A DNA stretch of 62,920 nucleotides, filler included, from Globobulimina sp. (taxonomy: Eukaryota), in assembly GCA_003354225.1 (NCBI GenBank). It is 47 parts of 47 records of this genome, joined end to end, with 100 filler letters (N's around TTAATTAATTAA, not from the genome) between each part and the next. Parts side by side here need not be neighbours in the genome. Positions count along the whole stretch, not along the records: positions 1 to 1,242 come from PIVH01020266.1; positions 1,343 to 2,584 come from PIVH01020267.1; positions 2,685 to 3,926 come from PIVH01020268.1; positions 4,027 to 5,268 come from PIVH01020269.1; positions 5,369 to 6,610 come from PIVH01020270.1; positions 6,711 to 7,952 come from PIVH01020271.1; positions 8,053 to 9,294 come from PIVH01020272.1; positions 9,395 to 10,636 come from PIVH01020273.1; 39 more parts are not named here. The stretch is one strand, 5' to 3'. Below the pieces are notes generated by a model that was given only the letters and a program-made list of their open reading frames with translations, ran no database searches and was not told where the DNA came from. Below are positions 1-10,736 of the stretch, in pieces. The translations under genes were made by a program, and so were the position numbers. The first letter of the stretch is position 1, and each line of letters starts with the position of its first letter.

Positions 1-38
1 ATTGCAAGTTGAGCATGTCATAAATTTAATTAATCAGT

Positions 39-845
39 GCTGCTCAGCATACATTCGATGCTTTTTTATCGGCGGAGAGATTGCCGAGAATCGGCTACGA
101 AGCGACTGTTGGCGCGGCGTTACCGTTTATAAACACTTTGAATGGTTTGCTTGTTTCTGGTGATAATATATACAAATTAGAAGGTATAGTGAGTGGTTCT
201 GTTGGTTGGATGTTAACCAAATGGCAAAGAATGAAAAACAGTCATTTAGATTATGAGAAACGTAAAGGATTATTTGCTGATATTATTATGGAAGCGCATA
301 GCAATAAATTAACGGAGCCAGATCCAAGAGATGATATTTTAGGCATTGATAATGCGCGAAAAGCTGTAATTTTGGCACGAAGTATCGGTTTAAACTGCGA
401 AGTGGATGAGGTGCTTAAAAATACGATGAGTTTATTACCGATTGATCGGCAAAAATTAATGTCAATGAATCCTGAACAATTTACAAAGTTTATAAAGGAC
501 ATTGACGAAGCTGAATTGCAACAATATTTGCTGGAAAATTGTGTGAATTATGGAAATGATGGAAATGTAAATATGAATTTAAAATATGTAACGGTGATAG
601 ATACAGAAAGTGGAGAAATTAAAGTTGAATTACGGAATTATAATAGTAACAGTGCTATAATTGAGAATAAAGTTGATTTGTTTAAATATGTTTATGGAAC
701 AAATAATATTTTACAATTTACGACAGATTGTTATCCAGCAAATAATCCATTGATAATCCAAGGAATTTCAACTGGAGAAAACTCTGTTAATTCCATCATG
801 GGCGATTTGTATAAAGTTGGTGTTGCAATAAATCATATGTATTAA
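39..845 (+). CDS. Homoserine dehydrogenase domain (possibly the C-terminus of a bifunctional aspartokinase/homoserine dehydrogenase), 5' partial
   Basis: Motifs YEATVGAALP, IEGIVSGS-like LEGIVSGS, TEPDPRDDILGIDNARKAVILAR, GTNNILQFTT and PLIIQG; frame stays open upstream of 81 to a probable acceptor (taatcag) near 37. Confidence 0.88.
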   Translation, partial: AAQHTFDAFLSAERLPRIGYEATVGAALPFINTLNGLLVSGDNIYKLEGIVSGSVGWMLTKWQRMKNSHLDYEKRKGLFADIIMEAHSNKLTEPDPRDDILGIDNARKAVILARSIGLNCEVDEVLKNTMSLLPIDRQKLMSMNPEQFTKFIKDIDEAELQQYLLENCVNYGNDGNVNMNLKYVTVIDTESGEIKVELRNYNSNSAIIENKVDLFKYVYGTNNILQFTTDCYPANNPLIIQGISTGENSVNSIMGDLYKVGVAINHMY

Positions 846-1242
846 GGTTATAATTATAAATAAAAACTTAAAAGATGATTCCTTTCATTCCCACTGTACT
901 AACCACGCAAATGTTTATACGACTAGTTCGACACACCTTTGATATAATTCATTTCTTAAAGTTTTGAAGAAGTTCGTAACTTCAAAACCATTGCCATTGT
1001 TTAAGCCAATCCAAATATTATTTGCCGAATTCGTTATTTGATGTAGATGTCAGTTGTGATTGTGCTTTCTTTAAAACCACTGCGTTAAACCGTTTTGTTA
1101 AATTAGATATCATTTTGTCTCTATATAATTATGCTCATAATAGCAGCATCAAAATTACTCATGATGCGCTTTTTGATGCGACCCATGGTTGCCATCTGTG
1201 GGTTCAGCTAATAATGTTTTTTAAATTTCATCAAAAAAATAG

Positions 1243-1342
1243 NNNNNNNNNNNNNNNNNNNNNNNNNNNNNNNNNNNNNNNNNNNNTTAATTAATTAANN
1301 NNNNNNNNNNNNNNNNNNNNNNNNNNNNNNNNNNNNNNNNNN
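1243..1342. other. Artificial contig linker (N44-TTAATTAATTAA-N44); the same linker occurs 46 times, about every 1340 bp
   Basis: Identical N runs flank TTAATTAATTAA (six-frame stop) at regular spacing; the sequence between linkers is 1240-1242 bp and decreases monotonically. Confidence 0.99.
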
Positions 1343-1410
1343 AGTAGTAGTACTAGTACTAAAAAAAATCTCAAAATTTTCAAAACACTGGTATGAGGGT
1401 CTATCGACAC

Positions 1411-1525
1411 AATAAATGGTGGACCTGTCAAGGGATCATATATACTAATATATCTAATATATATCATATATATATAGCTAATATATATTAGTATATATGA
1501 TCCCTTGACAGGTCCACCATTTATT
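1411..1525. repeat. Perfect 43-bp inverted repeat around a 29-nt AT-rich spacer (hairpin/foldback)
   Basis: aataaatggtggacctgtcaagggatcatatatactaatatat (1411-1453) is the exact reverse complement of 1483-1525. Confidence 0.95.
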
Positions 1526-1572
1526 AAATATATTAGCTACTCATATGCGTATATCTTATCGGGAACACTACT

Positions 1573-1663
1573 GTATTCAAAGTTGAAAACCACTCTAGCT
1601 AACCCAAAAACCTTGCCAATCACAATAGAAGTGTTTAGAAGTTTAAGCCTAAAAAGTCAACTG
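1573..1663 (+). mobile_element. Solo copy of one arm of the MITE-like element at 2685-2892
   Basis: gtattcaaagttgaaaaccactctagc...gtttaagcctaaaaagtcaa is near-identical to 2802-2892 on a different contig. Confidence 0.8.
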
Positions 1664-2034
1664 GTTTTAAATATATTTGTGTATTTTTTGTGGAGTGTGA
1701 AAGTGCAAGAATATATTTGTGTTTTTTGTGTGTGCAATATCTAGTGAAAGTCGACCTGTACTCATGGTTAAATAAATTATGAAGTAAGTATTTAAAAAAC
1801 TCTAAAGTCTGAATTGAAATCAAGAGCATTAACTAAAAATATTAATCCAATAAACTATCATTTATCCTCATCTTCATCCAATAAACTTTCATTTTTTGCA
1901 TCATCATGTAATATATTATTTAAACATTCATTTAAAAGTTCAACTTTATTTATACATTATTTATACACTATTTATATATTGTTTATAAAATATCTATACA
2001 CTATTTATACACTATTCATATTAAAAAAACAAAG

Positions 2035-2584
2035 AAAAATATCCATTTACAAGGCAGCATAAGATCGCATTATAAGCAACATTTACATTCTGAGAATATT
2101 GTATTTGCGAAAGAAGCATGGGGTAAGTATACGAATCGTGCAGGTGTATCATGTAAACATGTCGGTTGTAGGAAACGGATGAAAAAGGAGACGAAATATG
2201 CGTTTTGTTATCTTTGTAAAGAGGAAAAAGTTATGAAACATGTCATTGATGCGAGCTGTTTGCAAAAATTATTGCGGTTTGATAAAGAGGAAAGGCCATG
2301 GCGGGCAATTACTGGCAGGGAAATACATATTGAATTTCCTCGATATGTTAAGAATTTAAAATTGGGGGATATTAGCGATACTGAGGAATCATCGTCAGAG
2401 GAATCATCATCGGAGGAATCGTCAGAGGATGAATCGTCGGATGTTGCAGAGTGTCCATTTGCGGAAACATTTGAGAATGATGATGAAAAGGATCTAGTGA
2501 GTGAGCAAAGTGAGTCTCAATCGAATAACGAGTCGTCGTATAATACTGATACATTTACAAGTGGTTCAAGTTCAACTACAAATT
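2035..2584 (+). CDS. Hypothetical protein exon with a Cys cluster (possible zinc finger) and an acidic Ser/Glu-rich tail, partial
   Basis: Frame is open upstream of the 2179 ATG: SCKHVGCRKRMKKETKYAFCYLC...ASC, then EESSS repeats. Confidence 0.5.
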
Positions 2585-2684
2585 NNNNNNNNNNNNNNNN
2601 NNNNNNNNNNNNNNNNNNNNNNNNNNNNTTAATTAATTAANNNNNNNNNNNNNNNNNNNNNNNNNNNNNNNNNNNNNNNNNNNN

Positions 2685-2892
2685 CAATTGACTTTTTAGG
2701 CTTAAGCTTCTAAACACTTCTTTTGTGAGTGGCAAGGTTTTTTGGGTAGCTAGAGCGGTTTTCAACCTAGTATTCGAAGTTGACCTAGGTTTCGAATCCT
2801 AGTATTCAAAGTTGAAAACCACTCTAGCAAACCCAAAAACTTTGCCAATCACAAAAGAAGTGTTTAGAAGTTTAAGCCTAAAAAGTCAAATG
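2685..2892. mobile_element. MITE-like non-autonomous element of about 208 bp with about 80-bp imperfect terminal inverted repeats
   Basis: Left arm caattgactttttaggcttaagcttctaaacacttc...ttcaac (2685-2766) is the imperfect reverse complement of right arm gttgaaaacc...gtttaagcctaaaaagtcaaatg (2811-2892); another arm copy at 1573-1663. Confidence 0.75.
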
Positions 2893-3065
2893 TTTGCTTC
2901 AGTTATAATATAGAAATAGATAAATTATATAAAACTAAACAAAGTACAAATAAGTTATATGATAAATAGATAAAATACATAAAAAAATAAACCAACTATC
3001 TATGAGGAAGAACACAAAGAGAAATTAAAATAAAATAAAATATAATATAATACTGTTAAATCATA

Positions 3066-3824
3066 TCAATGTATCAATAATGGAGTTTTTTCACAACTTT
3101 CATAATCATAATCAAACTTCGATGGCCAAGTTGTTGTTGGTAATGACAGATATTTGTGTTTGTATTTGTGCTTTGTTTTATATCCATAGATGACTGCCGC
3201 ACTAAGTATTGTCAATAAACTGATTACAATTATTATTTTCGGCAAATATTTTCTTTTCGCCAATGCCCTTACATTTGATTTCCGGAGTTGCGCATTTTCA
3301 AATTGTGCATTTGCTGCCAAATCCTCAAAATAAGATTCTTGGTATCTCGCAACACACAAATCGTCAGAATGACAGTCACCAATTAATTGCTCGTCACTGC
3401 AAACCAAGAATCCACGAATATTTGTGGCAGATATCTGCGAGTTTGAGAAGGAATATTTCGTATTATAATTATTATTCAATATGGAGCAGGCCGTTGGTAT
3501 TTTATTTGGCAAATAGTTCTGTGCCGGTTTCAAATCGTCAATACTGCACTGTATACCGGCGGTGATTTGATTAATATTGATATTGTTCTCAAAGACAACT
3601 TGCGAGTCCTTAAATAGTGCGATACCATTCGCATTGCCATAGTATGTCTGTAGATTGTCAATATTGATATTGCTCAACACGCCGTTGACAGATTGAGTAA
3701 TAGTGATACCATACCCTTCCGTACCGGTATAGCCAGGCACAATCAGTGGATCCTGATGCGCATTCCCTTGCGTATAGGCGCCACATAATTCAGTCTCGGT
3801 GCCCAACGCCCCCGTATTTAACAA
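3066..3824 (-). CDS. Single-pass membrane protein with a probable beta-helix-like extracellular region, 5' partial
   Basis: Repeated NINI/GI-x-I strand-like motifs, a hydrophobic segment IIIVISLLTILSAAVIYGY, a basic stop-transfer stretch and a C-terminal EKTPLL dileucine-type motif. Confidence 0.6.
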   Translation of the reverse strand: MLNTGALGTETELCGAYTQGNAHQDPLIVPGYTGTEGYGITITQSVNGVLSNINIDNLQTYYGNANGIALFKDSQVVFENNININQITAGIQCSIDDLKPAQNYLPNKIPTACSILNNNYNTKYSFSNSQISATNIRGFLVCSDEQLIGDCHSDDLCVARYQESYFEDLAANAQFENAQLRKSNVRALAKRKYLPKIIIVISLLTILSAAVIYGYKTKHKYKHKYLSLPTTTWPSKFDYDYESCEKTPLLIH

Positions 3825-4255
3825 GTTATTTCGAGGGGAGCTATGCAGCCCCCATTCTGAACCCCCGCGAGATGTCCGAATTTTTTGAATAAACCATCAT
3901 CGATATTGACTACTCAAAGTACAGAANNNNNNNNNNNNNNNNNNNNNNNNNNNNNNNNNNNNNNNNNNNNTTAATTAATTAANNNNNNNNNNNNNNNNNN
4001 NNNNNNNNNNNNNNNNNNNNNNNNNNTCAACTCCGTTTATAACAGAATCAAAAACAACAAATAATAGGACGATTTTTATAAATATCAAAACAGTACTTTT
4101 TAGACATAAAAGTATTTCCTTGAGGAAACACAGTTTTTGAGCAAACAATTAAATAAATCAATGATTATGTACAAAACAAAACTGAGACTTTACAATTTTG
4201 AAAAGTAAAAGCCCACCAATGTCTCAGCACCAGAGGGGACTTTCGGATTTCTGAC

Positions 4256-5268
4256 TTAATTGGCGTTTTCTTCTGATTGCAAATCTCCAGAAAGTGATAT
4301 TTCCGAAGGTTGAGGAGCAAACAGAGTTTTGACAGGTGTTTCTTTGGCAGATAGGTCAGCTTCGACTTCTGTCTCAGCTTCCCCGGTTTTATTTTCAGTC
4401 AATGCCCTCATTGATGGTATTGGTTCTTTTTTTGAACCAGAGAGGAATTTATTTGGTGATTCTGGATAACATGCTGATAATCTGTCGAAGTATACTCGTT
4501 GTGGTCGAGCATCAGCTTGGTCTATTCGTTGTAATAGTCTCATTTGAATGTGACCATTTTTGGGCTTCGAGGTCATGTCTAAATCAACTGTTGGATCAAA
4601 ATTATTATCTGCACAAGTTTCATAAGTCCATTCTTTGGCCGCTGGCAAGATGTGATTATTTTCGGTGTTATTAGATGGAATAGGGTTTTCTCTGATACAA
4701 TTGGCTTGAGCCATTCGTATCAGAAAATCGCCCTCTGAAGTACCAGGGTAGATAATTTGGCCAGAAGGCAGACGAACAGGAATTACCTCCCCGTTTTTGT
4801 CTTTAAGATAGTCGGTGTCAGACAAAGAATCACGATTATAACATTTTGGATTGGTATCAGTTACTGCGTCTACTGTGGCAGATACGGTACTGTTACCAAC
4901 TAGTTGAGATAGTTTGACAGGAGGCGGTAGAAAATTTTCTGTTTGAGTCGATTGTGTATAGGATGACTTTTTAAATTTAACAGTTTTGGGTAGATAAGTC
5001 TCTCCAGTGATTTGATTAAAAAGTTGTATAGGCAGACTTTTAAGAGCAGAAGTTTGATCACGTTTTGGGACATGAGAACTTTTATGATGTTTGGCTCTAT
5101 GACTGTGGTCGCTTAAGTTGGAAGAGCTATCACTATGGGAATCATCAGATGGGGCGCCTCGTCCTCTATCATAAGGGGGCAACAAACCAACTGGTAGGGG
5201 TACGCTTGTAGCCGAAGGGGCACCATATGGAAAGGGGACAGTTGGGTAAGGAGGAATATATGGTTCAG
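4256..5268 (-). CDS. Hypothetical Pro/Ser-rich protein, intronless, 5' partial
   Basis: ORF of more than 300 codons open to the contig end; more GC-rich than the dominant genome; no recognisable domain. Confidence 0.5.
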
Positions 5269-5436
5269 NNNNNNNNNNNNNNNNNNNNNNNNNNNNNNNN
5301 NNNNNNNNNNNNTTAATTAATTAANNNNNNNNNNNNNNNNNNNNNNNNNNNNNNNNNNNNNNNNNNNNGAGATTATCACATTTTACAATTACATCCAATA
5401 CGCTCGCACCGTTGACATAATTAAGTTGAATGAATT

Positions 5437-6105
5437 CTAAACTTGAAAAGGTGTGAAATTATTGAACTCGTTAAAAATATTGGAATCGCCTTGTGTAATG
5501 TTGTCGAAACGAACCAATTTAAGATTGTTAAATGTCGGCAATAAATGCATCACATTGTCAATGTAATCTTGTTCTCTTTCATGGGACTGACAATGCAATG
5601 ATTTTATCCTCGAATAGCGGACATGATTAAAATGTGCAAATTTCCGATAATTGGGCTCGTTTTCAAATGCAAAACAAAGGCTGTATAAGCTATTTGGGTC
5701 ATGGCTAATGCCACAGAATAAACGACATGTTTTATCCACTTGGTAAAGATCGTTAATATCCAGATATTGAAATGTGTGAATCAATAAATCGTTTGACATT
5801 TCGATAATATTACTACGTCGAGTTTGATTAATATCAACCTGTGAATTTATGGAAATACTGTCTTTAATCTGCTCTGGCTTTTTCAACAATGATTGTGATA
5901 TCTCATCAAATATTCCATTTGGAAGCATTGAATGAATGCTGCATAATAACTTTTGTATCATATTTTTATTTTGAAATAGGATATCATGTTGCAAGAGGAT
6001 TTCAAAAAGTTTACCGCTAAACTCAGCTGTTTCTTTTGCATTACATGTCTCTAAATGTCGACAAACTTGGATTAATGGAAGAATTGTTTCATGAATCTGT
6101 GACAT
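5437..6105 (-). CDS. F-box domain protein
   Basis: F-box-like motif IIEMSNDLLIHTFQYLDINDLYQVDKTCRLF, followed by an LRR-like LPTFNNLKLVRF. Confidence 0.75.
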   Translation of the reverse strand: MSQIHETILPLIQVCRHLETCNAKETAEFSGKLFEILLQHDILFQNKNMIQKLLCSIHSMLPNGIFDEISQSLLKKPEQIKDSISINSQVDINQTRRSNIIEMSNDLLIHTFQYLDINDLYQVDKTCRLFCGISHDPNSLYSLCFAFENEPNYRKFAHFNHVRYSRIKSLHCQSHEREQDYIDNVMHLLPTFNNLKLVRFDNITQGDSNIFNEFNNFTPFQV

Positions 6106-6145
6106 AAAGACTTTAAACAGTTTTTTAACAAAAAAAATACACCAA

Positions 6146-6610
6146 ATGACAGCATTAAATGAGACAGCAGATGAAGTATTAATACCGCCAACACCAGACG
6201 TAGAATTATTAATACTTAAACCTCACACCTCTACAAATTCAACTAATCTTGATCTCAATGCTGAGTCATCAATATTAGATGATTTTGATTATGTAGATCC
6301 ATTAAACAATATACGAAAAGCAATACAAATTGGATATAAAAAAGCTGCGTCAACATCTATGCATTCAGCTGCATTAAAAATAATATTAAAATCAATGATG
6401 TCAGGTTCATATTTAGGTTTTAGTATAACATTAACAATCTATGCTATGTCACTAGAATGGGACAAAATATCCGCTGGCTTATTATTTCCGACTGGCTTCG
6501 TAATGTTAATATTAATGGGCAATGATTTAGCGACAGGAAATTTTGCCCTATTACCAATGGCATATTTATCCAAATCTAAAGGCAATGATAAAAACAAGTT
6601 ATCCATTAAA
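6146..6610 (+). CDS. Formate/nitrite transporter (FNT; FocA/NirC-like), 3' partial
   Basis: GYKKA..., KSMMSGSYLGF, AGLLFPTGFVMLILMGNDLATGNFALLP match the FNT signature (F-P-x-G...G-x-[ED]-L-x-T-G-N). Confidence 0.88.
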
Positions 6611-6710
6611 NNNNNNNNNNNNNNNNNNNNNNNNNNNNNNNNNNNNNNNNNNNNTTAATTAATTAANNNNNNNNNNNNNNNNNNNNNNNNNNNNNNNNNN
6701 NNNNNNNNNN

Positions 6711-7678
6711 GTGTTGTGCTGAATCCGGTTGCAACCTACATCTCGGATGTCAAGAAAATGGTTAAACCTGATTACTCGAAAATCAGCGCCCAACATTATC
6801 TCGACCAGAATACTCACGACTGGAACATCAATTCAAGGCTTCCCGCAGCTTCTATTATCACAACATACGGATGCCCCTATAATTGTGTCTTTTGTGCCAC
6901 CCGAACGATCAGCGGGCGGAAAATTGTTGTCCGGCCACTGGAAGATATTATTGAAGAAATTGAATATTTGATAAATATTCATGGGATAAAAGATCTGATT
7001 TTTCTTGATGACAACATTTCTTATAACCGGCGACATTTTATCGCACTATTAAATACCTTCATTGATCGATCGTATAATATAGCATGGAAGGCAGCCGGAA
7101 TAGCCGTGTGGGACCTTGATGATGAACTTCTGGAATTAATGAAGAAAAGTGGTTGCACACGTATATGTATTTCTGCTGAATCCGGCAGTCAGCGCGTTTT
7201 AAAAAAGATAATCCGAAAGCCGGTGAAACTGGAAAAAATTCCTGGCATTGTAGAGAAATGTAAAGACCTGGGCATCGAAATTTTGTCAAACTTTGTTATT
7301 GGGCTTCCCGGTGAAACCTGGGATGAGTTGAGGGAAACCTTTCGTTATGCAGACGCTTGTGATTTCGATGTAGTCCATTTCCATATTGCTACACCCCTTC
7401 CAAAAACGGATTTATATAATATGGCTAAAGAACAAAATCTGTTACCATCCGATTTTAATTTTACAAATCCAAAAAGTTTTGGTTGGGGACAGGGATTTAT
7501 AATTACGGACCATTTCACACCGTTTGATCTGATGGTACTTCGGGCATTTGAGTGGGACAGGATTAATTTTTCCTCCCCGGAGAAAATTTCTAAAGTTGCT
7601 GATATCTACTCCATGACTGTTGCTGAATTGAATGACCACCGAAAACAAACGATCAAAAAATTAGGACTCCATTGTTAA
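6711..7678 (+). CDS. Bacterial B12-binding radical SAM protein, 5' partial
   Basis: CxxxCxxC motif (TTYGCPYNCVFC), FLDDNI, ISAESGSQRVL, FVIGLPGET and ATPLPKT; intronless; followed by a downstream gene with a ribosome-binding-site-like motif. Confidence 0.92.
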
Positions 7679-7718
7679 GTATACCCTTTCTCACGGGTGT
7701 GTTTGAAAGGCACCAGTT

Positions 7719-7952
7719 GTGATGCGCTACTGCCCTATCTGCGAAAAAACAGAATACACCCAGGTCTGGAAAGTAAATGAGAGCCCTCTCCTGCATCTGG
7801 TTCGCAATAATTCAGACATTACACAGAATCTTTTTGCTCCTCTGGAAATTGTTCGATGCTGTTACTGCGGGCATATGTATAATCGTTGTTTTGACATGAA
7901 AAAATGGGAATTCATATATCAGTTTAATGCCATCACAAACACACCTGTGCAC
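7719..7952 (+). CDS. Bacterial class I SAM-dependent methyltransferase, N-terminal zinc-binding part, 3' partial
   Basis: CPIC...PLEIVRCCYCGHMYN, typical of the N-terminus of NDP-sugar C-methyltransferase-like proteins; AAAGG about 10 nt upstream; operon-like spacing. Confidence 0.65.
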
Positions 7953-8257
7953 NNNNNNNNNNNNNNNNNNNNNNNNNNNNNNNNNNNNNNNNNNNNTTAA
8001 TTAATTAANNNNNNNNNNNNNNNNNNNNNNNNNNNNNNNNNNNNNNNNNNNNAAATTATTCGTTTTGGCTGTCCTTGTTGGCTGTCCCTTGTAAATCAAG
8101 TACACTATTGTGCTGCATGGTAACAGAGCTAACACCAACCTAACAACCAAACACGAAACATCATCAATCTCCAGTCCCAAGTCAACGACGACATTGTCTC
8201 AACTTTAAAGAAGGGCGGAAAAAGAGTAAAGCTTGATGAAAATGAACAAAAACCTCT

Positions 8258-8568
8258 ATAAAAAATCTGCGATTAAATTGTTATCGGATATGTTGCAGTT
8301 TGATGTAAAGAAAAGAATATCTATGGAAGATGCACTTAAATCGTCATATTTTGATGATGTCAGAGATGATGGCGTCGCACAGAGACATTTAAAAATTGAA
8401 AAGTTTGAATTTGAGGATACTTTCATTGATCAAAAGATATTAAGAGCATTAATTTTAGATGAAGTGATTTATTTTAATCATCAATGGAAAAAACAATTGA
8501 AAAAGGAAGTGGCAAAAAGAACAAAGGAACTAAATATGGAAGAAACGGATCTCAAACTTAACGTTTGA
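8258..8568 (+). CDS. C-terminal end of a MAP kinase-like protein kinase (fragment)
   Basis: SAIKLLSDMLQFDVKKRISMEDALKSSYFDDVRD...KFEFED...LRALILDEVIYF corresponds to kinase subdomain XI plus the MAPK C-terminal extension. Confidence 0.8.
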
Positions 8569-8765
8569 TTCTGAGCAATGTGCTAAAACAAGACCGAAAA
8601 TTGTGTACATAATTATGTATAATAAAGTTGTATTCCTTTTTATTTATTATTTCTAGCCTCAAAAGAAAGTTTTAAATTTAAACTGAAAGGTTTTTTGAGG
8701 TCTAATGCAAACAAGACACCATTAGTGCCAATCCAACAGGATCTCGAAAGAGGACATTTTCTGAA

Positions 8766-9294
8766 ATGATGTCAGGTTCAACAATAAATGCTAACAATAA
8801 TAAACAATTAACAATGTTTATGACATTAACAAAGTCATTATTATCAAATGATGAAACAAAAAGATTGAAAAGAAGCAATTTATCATCAAAGATAACATCG
8901 ACAATAATGAATAAAAACAAATTTGAATTATATTTAACAATGTCGCCAAAGCTAAATATTGAACAGCAATTAAATTCAATTCATTGTTTAATATGTAAAC
9001 GATGCATAAAATTATTGCAACACAGGGATAATGAGATACATATTTTTGGTAAAACCTTATTTTATAAACTAACAGATAATAATGATACATTAACAAATAT
9101 TATGTTAGTTTTAATATTTAGCTGCTATCAAAATATCATGCCGCAATCATTAATAATATTAACAAATAACCAGACACAGCCTCAAATATACCAAGAAATG
9201 GATATTGTAGCTAAGTTACGGGCAATCACAGTTATTATTGATAGAACAAAATATTTATTTCAACGTAAAAACTCATTAAAAACAGCATATAATC
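8766..9294 (+). CDS. Hypothetical protein, 3' partial
   Basis: ORF open to the contig end; no recognisable motif. Confidence 0.45.
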
Positions 9295-9415
9295 NNNNNN
9301 NNNNNNNNNNNNNNNNNNNNNNNNNNNNNNNNNNNNNNTTAATTAATTAANNNNNNNNNNNNNNNNNNNNNNNNNNNNNNNNNNNNNNNNNNNNTATACG
9401 TTTTGGATAACCAGT

Positions 9416-10636
9416 ATGAGTTGGGCTTCCATTGTAGAACAATCTGTTACAAACACGAAAGAATTAACACCTGATCGAGCTGGTGATTTTGTAATGATAA
9501 ATGAAAAGCAAACAGAAGAAGAGCATGCAATAATATTAGAGGAGACAGAGAAAGAATGTGAGTCTTACAATTATAAACATTTAAGCAATGAAGAATTAAT
9601 TTTATTAATCTCAGGATTCGCACGTAATATTCAGTTATTATCAATTGTTCCTACTGATGTTATTAATTGTATTTCATTGTATCATTGGTCAAAATTATAT
9701 GATGATTTCAATGTATTTAGATTTAAAGGTAAACTCAAAGACAATGACACCAAGGAAAATTTTTCCGGTTTAAAATATTATGTTATGCCATTAAATGAAT
9801 TAAAAAGGAAATATTTGTTACCATTTACTGAAATAAAAACAGATGACAATAATACAAAATTTGGTAAATACAGTAGTTTCCAATCAAAACATTGTCCAAA
9901 ATTTATTAAAGAAGAACAATGTTTGGTTCATGAAGTAGAATTAGACAAAAACAATGAAAATATTTATCATTTAATGGATTCTTTTGTTGTCAATAAATTT
10001 ATTCAACTATTTTCAGAAAATAAAGCTGGAAATCATCGGCTAAACCGAACCGAAACTGTACCGGCCGGGAAAGGACCATATCGAGCTGGATTTCGTTGTG
10101 TTGGCCATGTAAAACAACCAAAAAATTCAGACAAACAATATTTTAATACAAAAATGGAACGGCTAAAAGTGTGGAAATTTATTGGTGGAAGTTTTGATAC
10201 ATTGGTTCTGAACAAAAATGATTTTTTTACAAAATGTTTATTAAAACAATTTGATTTTTTCGAGTTGAGTGCATTTGATGATGATAAAGTATTAATTGAT
10301 GAGGCTGTTTCTTTATTGTTTGCTGCATTAAACTCAAGACGTGGTGACTGCGATGGTTGGATGACTTTGGACGATTTGCGTTGGTGGGACTGGGATGTAA
10401 CAGGTTTAAATTGTAAAGAGATTGTTTGTGATTTGTTGTATCGTCAAATGAAAATAAAAATGAATACAGAAATAAACGATGAACATTGGATTATAAAAAC
10501 ATTATTTGAAATTAGATGCGAATTAAATATTGATGAAAAACTAAAAAATAAAAAATTAAATATTGATGACGAACAAAAAAATCAAATAAAAGAAGAAAAT
10601 CAATTGTATGAAGGGACTTGGACCTCGTGGAGGGAG
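9416..10636 (+). CDS. Hypothetical protein with a recurrent L-x-x-G-F/Y-x-R...I/V-P-x-D-V-I-x-x-I-x-x-Y motif, 3' partial
   Basis: Intronless ORF of about 400 codons; motif LISGFARNIQLLSIVPTDVINCISLY. Confidence 0.7.
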
Positions 10637-10736
10637 NNNNNNNNNNNNNNNNNNNNNNNNNNNNNNNNNNNNNNNNNNNNTTAATTAATTAANNNNNNNN
10701 NNNNNNNNNNNNNNNNNNNNNNNNNNNNNNNNNNNN

